Under the pieces are notes generated by a model. That model made no database searches. It had not been told where the DNA came from and saw only the letters and a program-made list of their open reading frames with translations. From Bacteroidota bacterium (GTDB taxonomy: Bacteria; Bacteroidota; Bacteroidia; Chitinophagales; LD1), in NCBI GenBank assembly GCA_947478005.1, contig CANJVG010000006.1:35-64034 (forward strand): 64,000 bases of DNA, written 5' to 3'. Both the position numbers and the translations under genes were made by a program. The stretch's first letter is position 1, and each line of letters begins with the position of its first letter. Positions 8,926 to 17,500 of the stretch are shown piece after piece.

Positions 8926-9342
8926 ATGTATCCTCAAGAATTAGTAGCCCCCATGAAAGCCGACTTAACTTCAGTTGGTTTTGAAGATTTATTAACCCCT
9001 GCAGATGTTGACATCGCGTTAACGCAAACAGAGGGAACCGTATTCCTTGTATTCAATTCTGTTTGTGGCTGCGCTGCTGGAGCCGCACGTCCGGCTTTAA
9101 AAGCCGTAGTGAAATCAGCTACTAAACTTCCTTCAAAGATGGTGACTGTGTTTGCCGGAGTTGACAAAGAAGCAGTAAACAAGGCACGTGAATATACTTT
9201 GCCTTATCCTCCGTCTTCTCCCTCTATGGCATTATTCAAAGACGGAAAACTGGTTCACTTTGTAGAACGTCATCAAATTGAAGGCAATTCGGCTGAAACT
9301 ATTACGGCACATCTTACCAAAGTATTTGAGCATTACTGCTAA
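8926..9342 (+). CDS. BrxA/BrxB-family bacilliredoxin (DUF1094)
   Basis: It is near-colinear with B. subtilis YphP: NSVCGCAAG, TVFAG.DKEA, PSSPSMAL, and a C-terminal HYC. Confidence 0.85.
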   Translation: MYPQELVAPMKADLTSVGFEDLLTPADVDIALTQTEGTVFLVFNSVCGCAAGAARPALKAVVKSATKLPSKMVTVFAGVDKEAVNKAREYTLPYPPSSPSMALFKDGKLVHFVERHQIEGNSAETITAHLTKVFEHYC

Positions 9343-9357
9343 TTGAATTGTAAATGA

Positions 9358-9407
9358 AAAGAGACGAAGTGCGGACGGGAACTGTCCGTGCTTCGTCTCT
9401 TTTTTTA
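9358..9407 (+). terminator. Rho-independent terminator
   Basis: A long stem GAGACGAAGTGCGGAC / GTCCGTGCTTCGTCTC is followed by T7. It lies inside the ORF-track N-terminal extension of the next gene, which argues for the 9448 start. Confidence 0.75.
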
Positions 9408-9447
9408 TGTTTGCCTCCCACAAATCCAAAATCTAAAAATCTCTCCC

Positions 9448-10536
9448 ATGTCTCGTTTCCATAAGTTGAAAGTAAGTGAAGTGAAAAATGAAATTGCCGA
9501 TGCTGTTTCGGTTTCATTCGAAGTGCCTGCTGCGTTAAAGGAGCAATTCAATTTCTTACCCGGTCAATACACTACCCTCAAGTTAAATATTAACGGAGAA
9601 CAGGTAAACCGCTCTTACTCCTTTTGCAGTTCGCCCTTTATGAATGAACCACTAACGATTGCTGTGAAGCGGGTGGCAGGTGGCAAAGGTTCTAATTTTA
9701 TCAACGACAATTTCAAACCGGGTGTAGAGATCGAAGCGATGGAGCCTATGGGGAATTTTCATTCTTCTATTGATTCAAATAATGAAAAGCAATACATTCT
9801 TTTTGGAGGAGGCTCCGGCATTACCCCGGTTATATCTATTCTCAAGTCTGTGTTGGCCAAAGAGCAGAAAAGCAAAGTGGTGCTGTTTTATGGTAACCGA
9901 AACACAAGCAGTATTATCTTTAAAGATAAGCTTGAATTACTTGCTGCTCAGTTTGGCGAAAGACTAAAGATAGTTCATGTGCTCGATGGTCCCGAAACCG
10001 GATGGACAGGCTATACCGGCTTCATCGTTAAAGATATGGCGCTGAAGTTACTTCGCGAAAACACCAATTTAAATTTTCAGCAGTCCGAGTTTTTTATTTG
10101 CGGTCCAACACCTATGATGAAAAGTGTAGAGGAAGCCCTGGCACTGTTGCAGATTCCAAAGGAGAAAGTTCATATTGAATACTTCACGGCCAAAGCAGAT
10201 GAAGACAAAAAGGCCGCTGATGTTGGAACCAATATAGTTAGCGAAGTTCCTTTTACGGGAAGAACCAAAGTAACAATTATATATGATGGCAACACCCGCG
10301 AGTTTGAAGTAAGTGAAAAGGAAACCATCCTGGAAGCTGCATTGGATGCCGGCTACGACCCGCCCTATTCTTGCATGGTAGCCGCCTGCTGTACCTGCCG
10401 GGCTAAGTTGATTTCGGGTAAGGTAGAAATGGATGACCGCGAAAGTTTAACCGATGCGGAAATTTCAAGAGGTTATGTGCTTACCTGCCAGAGCCATCCT
10501 AAGAGCCACGGAATTGTGGTGAACTACGATATGTAG
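9448..10536 (+). CDS. Ferredoxin-NAD(P) reductase, PaaE-like (FAD/NAD-binding plus a C-terminal 2Fe-2S ferredoxin domain)
   Basis: The motifs are RSYS (FAD), GGSGITP (NAD) and a C-terminal C..ACC.C...C cluster. Confidence 0.8.
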   Translation: MSRFHKLKVSEVKNEIADAVSVSFEVPAALKEQFNFLPGQYTTLKLNINGEQVNRSYSFCSSPFMNEPLTIAVKRVAGGKGSNFINDNFKPGVEIEAMEPMGNFHSSIDSNNEKQYILFGGGSGITPVISILKSVLAKEQKSKVVLFYGNRNTSSIIFKDKLELLAAQFGERLKIVHVLDGPETGWTGYTGFIVKDMALKLLRENTNLNFQQSEFFICGPTPMMKSVEEALALLQIPKEKVHIEYFTAKADEDKKAADVGTNIVSEVPFTGRTKVTIIYDGNTREFEVSEKETILEAALDAGYDPPYSCMVAACCTCRAKLISGKVEMDDRESLTDAEISRGYVLTCQSHPKSHGIVVNYDM

Positions 10537-10629
10537 GGAATCTTAACATCTTAGGAGACCTTTTTTAGTCTATTTTTTTCTCTATAGTTTAAATCTTCAA
10601 AAAGATATTTTAGCCAAAATATTTTCCGA

Positions 10630-12864
10630 ATGAAATTACAGTTTGATTTCAGCAATCCGTTTAAACTACTTTTCCTTTTATCGGCACTTGCCGTTTCCAT
10701 CATTCTTCCTTTTGCCAGCAAAGATGCAGGCATTACCGAAGATGAACCCCAGCATCTTGAACACGGAAAGAAAATATGTGCATGGTATACAGGAGAAGAT
10801 AAAACAGTGGGCGAATCTCCCTTCGATGCAAAGGGTCAATGGAAATATTATTCGGAAGGTACTGCCAGTAAAACTGCTATTAATATCTATGGAGGCTTCT
10901 TTGATTTAGTTGCCGAGGTTTTTCACCGCACGGTTTTCCGTAGTTTAGATGAATATGAATCGAAGCATATTCTCTCTGCTTTTTTCGGAGCATTGCTTTT
11001 TATTTTCACCGCCCTCATTGCTCAGCGAATATCCGAAAGCTGGGCGGTTGCCTTGCTCACCTTAGTCATCGCCACTTTCACTCCAAGGCTATTCGGTTAT
11101 TCGCTCAACAATCCTAAAGATATTCCGCTGGCCACTTTTTTTGCGTTCAGCATTCTGCAGATTATCTCATTTTTAAAAGAACTGCCACGTATTCGTACAG
11201 TCCGTCTGGTTCTGTTAGCGCTTAGTTTTTCACTCGCTATGGCGGTCAGGTCAGGAGCCATGATTCTGATTTTCTATTTTCTGCTGTTTCTTGCTTTCTA
11301 TTTCTTGCTCCAGATACTTTCCGGAGAAGTAGATAAAAAGTATATCGTCAAAACTTTTGCCCTGGCTATTGCCATATCCATAGCGGGTTATTTGGGCACC
11401 TCTCTATTCTGGCCGTGGGCAATGAACAATCCGTTGCTCAATCCGCTTCGCTCCATGTCTGTTTTCAAAAACTTCAACACCTTTATCATCAACGAGCTTT
11501 TTGAAGGGAAATGGATTGGCACCGGCAGGTTACCTTGGTATTTTGTTCCTAAATGGATATACATTACCCTTCCGGTTGTGTCGCTTTCGGGCTTAGCGCT
11601 GTTTCTTATTCTCATTCCCAAATTCATTAGAAAGGAGAACTGGCGAATCTCTGCTTATGCCCTGCTTTTCTTTTCGGCTGTGTTTCCGGTTCTTTCTATC
11701 ATCCTGGGTAATTCAAATATTTACAACAGTGCAAGGCATATCACTTTTGTTATTCCTTCCATCATTGTTTTAGCTTCATTGGGTTGGGCCGAAGTTTTTA
11801 AAACAGTACGCGATATTTATCTAAAACTATCGGTAGGTATTGCTTTTCTAATTATTCTTTCAGAACCGGTTCTGTTTATTTTCCATAATCATCCGGTGCA
11901 GGCGATGTATTTTTCTCCGTTGATAGGAGGCACCAAGGCGGCCTTCAAAAACTTTGAAATGGACTATTGGGGTGTATCCATAAAGCCCGCCTTCGACTGG
12001 ATTGAAAAACACGATTCAACAGCTACTGCTCAAAACAAAGGAAGAATACGTTTGTGGTATGGTGAGCAAGCCAAGCTAAACCATTTCACCGAAAAGAGTT
12101 CGCGCTTTGTAGCCGTTTTAGCAAATGAAGATTCCAGAGATTGGGATTACTTTATCCAAATGCCGGCCGAGGGCAAGTTTGCTCCCGATATTGTCTATCA
12201 CTGGCCGCCTAAAGGCACGGTGTGCGAAATAATGGCAGATAGTGCACCACTCTGTGCCATTATTAAAAACTATCGACTCGAAAATTCTTCGACTCCTGCT
12301 GCGAATAATGCCGCACCTGTTGCGGCTGCCGTTTCTGCTGACCCTGCGGCTAATGCTTTTAATGAAGGCATGAGTTATTACGGCAAGAAGAATTTCAATG
12401 CTGCTGTCCTTGCGTTTAAAAGAGCACATCAACTGGCCCCTAAAAACATGCTGATGATAAACAACGTGGTTGCTTGTTATAATGAACTGAACATGTTTGA
12501 CGAGGCCCTTGAATTTGGTGCCGTTGGCATCAAGGTGGACCCTAATTTTGAATTGCTCAAAAACAATCTGCGCGAAACACTAAAGGCTAAGCAGGTATTT
12601 AAGCCCGATGCTAATTACTATATCAACCTGAGCTATAACTACTATATGCAGCGCGAATTTGAAAAATGCATCGCTTCCTCTAAAATGATTCTAAAGTACC
12701 AGCCAAACAGCTATTTAGCATGGAACAATATATGTTCGGCTTATAACGAGTTGCACCAATATGCCAAGGCAGTAGAAGCTTGCGATAAAGGATTGAAACT
12801 CGCCCCGAAAGATGAATTGCTCAAAAACAACAAAGCAGCAGCATTGCAGGCAAAAGGCAAGTAA
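10630..12864 (+). CDS. Polytopic GT-C-type (family 39/PMT-like) glycosyltransferase-like membrane protein with C-terminal TPR repeats
   Basis: There are about 11 or more TM segments, an acidic EDE motif in the first loop, and TPR-like repeats over the last ~170 aa. Confidence 0.5.
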   Translation: MKLQFDFSNPFKLLFLLSALAVSIILPFASKDAGITEDEPQHLEHGKKICAWYTGEDKTVGESPFDAKGQWKYYSEGTASKTAINIYGGFFDLVAEVFHRTVFRSLDEYESKHILSAFFGALLFIFTALIAQRISESWAVALLTLVIATFTPRLFGYSLNNPKDIPLATFFAFSILQIISFLKELPRIRTVRLVLLALSFSLAMAVRSGAMILIFYFLLFLAFYFLLQILSGEVDKKYIVKTFALAIAISIAGYLGTSLFWPWAMNNPLLNPLRSMSVFKNFNTFIINELFEGKWIGTGRLPWYFVPKWIYITLPVVSLSGLALFLILIPKFIRKENWRISAYALLFFSAVFPVLSIILGNSNIYNSARHITFVIPSIIVLASLGWAEVFKTVRDIYLKLSVGIAFLIILSEPVLFIFHNHPVQAMYFSPLIGGTKAAFKNFEMDYWGVSIKPAFDWIEKHDSTATAQNKGRIRLWYGEQAKLNHFTEKSSRFVAVLANEDSRDWDYFIQMPAEGKFAPDIVYHWPPKGTVCEIMADSAPLCAIIKNYRLENSSTPAANNAAPVAAAVSADPAANAFNEGMSYYGKKNFNAAVLAFKRAHQLAPKNMLMINNVVACYNELNMFDEALEFGAVGIKVDPNFELLKNNLRETLKAKQVFKPDANYYINLSYNYYMQREFEKCIASSKMILKYQPNSYLAWNNICSAYNELHQYAKAVEACDKGLKLAPKDELLKNNKAAALQAKGK

Positions 12865-12951
12865 AATTTCAGATGCGATATTGCCTTTTACTACTCACTA
12901 CTGACCATTCACCACTAACTATTCAAATTTAGTTCGTAATATTGTTACATC

Positions 12952-13704
12952 ATGTCTTTTAAATTTCTCTGTTTCTCGGTTCTTCTTTTTCTGGCGGTAG
13001 CGGTAAACGCACAACGCAATGGGCATGAAATAGACCCGCAGGATTATCAATATAAGCACGAGGCCTCGGGTGGTTTAAGAGTGCAAACCAATGGCGTTAC
13101 GCTGTATGCCCAATATGGTTGGATCAAGGATATTTACCGCACACGTTTGTTGCAAATAGATTACACCTACAATCTTAGTCTTACCGATAAAAAGCTCAAA
13201 GCAAAGAATCAAAACAGTCGCGATTATTTGTTTGGCGTCCAAAACAAGTTTCATGTCATTCGCCTTTCCTATGGGTTTATGCGGAATATTGCCGACAAGG
13301 CCAATCGCAATGGGGTGCGATTGAGTTTCGTTTTCTTTGGCGGCTTTTCACTGGGTTTGTTGAAGCCCTATTATCTTGATTTTAGAAACAACAGCGATGT
13401 TGGCCCACAACTTCGGCATGAGGGCTATTCGGCAGCCAATGCCGCCAATTTTTTAAATAATGATTCTATCGAGGGTGCTTCGCCCATAAGGTATGGACTG
13501 AATAAAATGCAGCCGGTGCCGGGCTTGAACCTGCGGGCGGGGTTAAACTTCGATTGGGGCACAAAGGATGCTATTGTAAAATCACTCGAGGCAGGGGTGG
13601 TGCTCGATGCTTATTATAAGCAACTGCCTTTGTTGGTCAATAACCACAACCGTTTCTATCAAATTGGTTTCTATCTGTCGTTCCACTTAGGAAAACGCTG
13701 GTAG
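12952..13704 (+). CDS. Hypothetical outer-membrane beta-barrel protein
   Basis: It has a signal peptide ending NAQ, alternating hydrophobic beta-strand patterns, and an aromatic-rich C-terminus. Confidence 0.45.
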   Translation: MSFKFLCFSVLLFLAVAVNAQRNGHEIDPQDYQYKHEASGGLRVQTNGVTLYAQYGWIKDIYRTRLLQIDYTYNLSLTDKKLKAKNQNSRDYLFGVQNKFHVIRLSYGFMRNIADKANRNGVRLSFVFFGGFSLGLLKPYYLDFRNNSDVGPQLRHEGYSAANAANFLNNDSIEGASPIRYGLNKMQPVPGLNLRAGLNFDWGTKDAIVKSLEAGVVLDAYYKQLPLLVNNHNRFYQIGFYLSFHLGKRW

Positions 13705-13975
13705 TTGGTCTGTTTTTTATGACTGATAGTTGGTTTTTAAAACCGCTATATTGTTTTCTTTATCCTTTATGGATGATTCTCCAACGGTATTCCCCTCAAC
13801 CACTTTCTTTGCTGAAATGCTGTGAAAGTTTCCTTCGTTACTGATGGTCTAACAGACGCAATCTTTACCTGCCATTCGCATTTTAAAAATTTGAATTAGG
13901 GATATTTGAATGGGAATGGTCGTTTTTATTGCAGAATCGAAACGTTTTAGAGGTGAATTGAAGGAGTTTACAGTT

Positions 13976-14206
13976 GAGAATAAGTATTCCTGAAACAGGA
14001 ATACTTATTCTCAACCCAGGAATAGTTATTCTCAGGATAGGAATAGTTATTCCTGTTTTAGAAATACTTATTCCTAAGTTAGGAGTACTTATTCTCGTTA
14101 CAGGAATAGATATTCTTGAAATAGGAATACTTATTCTCAACTCAGAAATAGTTATTCTCAGGATAGGAATAGTTATTCCTGTCTTAGGAATAACTATTCC
14201 TAAGTT
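13976..14206. repeat. Tandem array 1: 11 x 21 bp, consensus AGGAATA-NN-TATTCYY-N5
   Basis: Unit starts were indexed at 13976, 13997, 14018 ... 14186 with no phase drift. Three units are perfect 7-2-7 palindromes. Confidence 0.9.
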
Positions 14207-14506
14207 GTGTTGATGGCTTGCAAAGGCTTTACATTTACCTTCCTATGGTTGTAGCGAACGGTTGAAACATGGATGGCAGCGGCAGAAATAATAACTCCGA
14301 TGCACCGACTCTGGATGATTGCTATGCAAACAAGAAGGCGAATGTGCCAAACTAAAATCAGAACGCTCCGATTATCAGTTTCCGAATTTCAATGAATGGG
14401 TTTGTCCTTTGACCTCCTGTTCCCAAGAAACGGCTTTCTGTTTTTGTCTGACAGGGACTGCCTTTGAACACAGGCCATCTGCAACCATTCATCTCACATT
14501 TTAATC

Positions 14507-14514
14507 TACATTTG
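14507..14514 (+). promoter_or_regulatory. Candidate -7 box TACATTTG
   Basis: It matches TAnnTTTG and lies 25 nt upstream of the ATG at 14539. No clear -33 TTG is present. Confidence 0.3.
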
Positions 14515-14538
14515 TTACTCTATATAATTCCAATCTTC

Positions 14539-17500
14539 ATGATGAAAAGGTACCCGCTGATTTTTGCTTTTGTAATGGCGCTGTTTGTTTCGCTGAACGC
14601 CCAGGTGGTTATCAACGAATTTTCGGCTGCCAACAAAACAGACTATGCCGATGTAAGCGGTAATTATTACGATTGGATAGAGCTATATAACCCCACTGCT
14701 TCTGCCGTAAATATTGGCGGCTGGTTTTTGGCCGATAACCCCGGCAACTTGGTTAAATGGCCAATTCCGGCTGGCGTTACTATTCCGTCTCATGGCTTCA
14801 AAGTTTTTTTCTGTTCCAATTTAGATGGTCTGTTCAACGGACAATACCACACCAATTTCAAACTCACTCAATCCGATACTTCGGAAGTAATTATTCTTTC
14901 GAATGCCTCGGTAACTATTGTTGATTCCATCACTCTTTTCCCTAACCGGGTAGACCAGTCGCGCGGTAGAAACGCAGATGGTTCGTTGGTATGGGGCGTG
15001 TATCAAAATTCCACTCCTAATGCTACTAACAATGTGCAAACGGCTTACACCGATTATGTGCCCAAGGTGCAGTTCAGTTTACCCGCAGGGTTTTACACAG
15101 GCACGCAGTCGGTTTCGCTTAGTTGCCCAATGGCCAACACCAAGATTCGCTATACCACCAACGGTTCTAACCCAACCACTGCTTCAACGCTTTATACAGG
15201 ACCCATCAGCGTTTCCGCCAATACCGTTATTCGCGCAAGAGCCTATGACAATGCCGGTCTTTATGTCGGCAGTTTCACCGAAAACAATACCTACTTTATA
15301 AATGAAACGCATACCCTGCCCGTTTTGTCACTTGCATCTGACCAGTTCAATAATTTGTTTCAGAGCAACGTAAATTCCATTGTGGGCAGCATGGAATATT
15401 TCGGTACCAACGGCAGTCAGATTTTTGAAATAGAAAGTGAATATTCTCCGCATGGAAACGATTCCTGGGCCTATCCGCAAAAGGGGATGGATTTTAATGT
15501 AGAAGATGAATACGGCACCGGTAAAGACATAAACTATAAAATGTTTAGCACCACTCCGCGCCATCACTACAACTGGTTGATTTTGAAAGCGGCTGCGAGT
15601 GATAATTTCCCCGGCAATTTGCCCAATCCCGCAGCGCATATTCGTGATGCCTATGTGCAAACCCTGGCTGAAAAATTCAAGCTCAATGTTGATTTAAGAA
15701 GAATGGAACATTGTTTGCTCTTCATCAACGGTCAATACTGGGGCGTGTATGAAATTCGCGATAAGGTGGATAAGGATTATTTCGATTACTACTACAACCA
15801 AAGCGAGAAGTACGTTGACAATCTGAACTATTGGGGCAGCATGATTATTCGGCAAGGCAGCGATACCGCCTGGAACAATCTTTACAATTTTGTCATCAGC
15901 AATAACCTGGCTATTCCTGCCAATTACACTTTCGTTACCGATAGACTGAATGTGATGAGCATGATTGATGCCATTGCTATTGGACTTTATACAGTCGACA
16001 GCGATTGGCTGAATTGGAACACCGCCTGGTGGCGTGGGCGCAAGCAGCCAAACATACAAAAGTGGAAATACTGGTTGTGGGATGAAGACAATACCTTCGA
16101 TTTAGGAGAGGATTTTACCGGATGGGGTAACACCGGCAACACAGCTAATCCTTGCGATATAAATACAGCAAGTGGAGGAGGACCCGATTTCAGCAATCTG
16201 AATATTGGTCCCGCTATGGGGCATATTGTCATCTTCAATGCACTGATGCAGAACCCTGCCTTCAAGCAACTGTACATTAATCGTTTTGCCGATTTAATTA
16301 ACACTGCGTTCAGTTGCACCAACATGACCAATCACCTCGATACGATGATTGCACGCATTCAGCCCGAAATGCAACGGCAATGTACGCGTTGGAGCGGAAG
16401 CTACACCCAGTGGCAACAGAATGTGCAGTATCTGCGCAATCAAATCACCGGTCGATGTGCGTTTATTGGAGGTGCGATGGACACTTGCTATCATGTAACA
16501 GGACCTTATCCATTGGTGGTGAATACTTTTCCTGCAAACAGCGGTACTGTTACCGTGAATACGATTACCCCTACTGTTTATCCATGGTACTCGACCTATT
16601 TTGGCGGAGTTGATTTGGTTTTCAAAGCAAATGCCAATGTAGGCTATCAGTTCTCGCATTGGACGATTCAAAACCATACAATCACTCCGGGCATTGCTAA
16701 TGATAGTATATGGTTTAATCTGTTGAACACGGGTGATAGCCTCACGGCTGTTTTCATCCGTACCGATTCAGTTCACCTTACGGTGCTTACCAATCCCGTA
16801 GCTGCGGGCAATATTTCGGTGAATGGCATTATGCCTTCTTCTTATCCATATACTTTCACTTTTGCTGATAGCACGGTATTGACAATTACAGAAACAGCGA
16901 ATACCGGATTTATCTTTAATAACTGGACTATTCTTCATCATGTACTCCTGCCAAATAATAATGCTCAGAATGTGGGCTTCATGATTTTGGATAATGATAC
17001 CCTCACCGCAAATTACACTGTGATTCCTGATAGTGCGAACCTAACGGTAATGGCTAATATTCCTGCTGCGGGAACTGTCACTGTGAATTCCAGTGTTGTA
17101 TCTGTTTATCCTACAGTTCTACGTTATCAAGGCGGAACTCTCCTGAATATTTCTGTTACTCCAAATATTGGTTACAATTTCGTAAACTGGACGTTGAATC
17201 ATCATGTTATAAATCCGAACAACACGGCCATCAACGGCACTTTCACCATCAATCAGGATGATACGCTCACAGCAGTTTTTGCCGCCATTCCGGATAGTGT
17301 TGATTTAACCGTGTTGGAGAATATTTCCGGTGCTGGTTTTGTAGCGGTTAATTCAGCATTTATATCGGCTTACCCTACAGTGTTGCGTTTTGAATCAGGA
17401 ATCTTGCTAAATATTTCTGCCACTCCGAATATCGGATATAACTTTGTGAATTGGACATTGAACCACCATGTCGTAAGTCCGAACAACAACGCCATTACCG

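Noticed and set aside
9388-9447. ORF-track N-terminal extensions (9388, 32357, 32312, 54359, 42139, 4591, 56358, 58940, 14464)
   Set aside because: In each case an internal Met gives a canonical N-terminus: a signal peptide or a conserved family start. For 9388 the extension contains a strong terminator.
13883-14213. ORF-track ORFs 13883-14140 (-) and 13974-14213 (+), which encode heptad repeats such as RISIP and GILIL
   Set aside because: They are open on both strands only because the 21-bp repeat period is a multiple of 3. There is no credible start context, the peptides are low-complexity, and the DNA units are palindromic, which is a DNA-level signal rather than a coding one.
14319-14504. 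A 61-aa ORF between array 1 and the CotH gene
   Set aside because: It has no recognisable features and lies in the probable promoter/leader region of the large gene.
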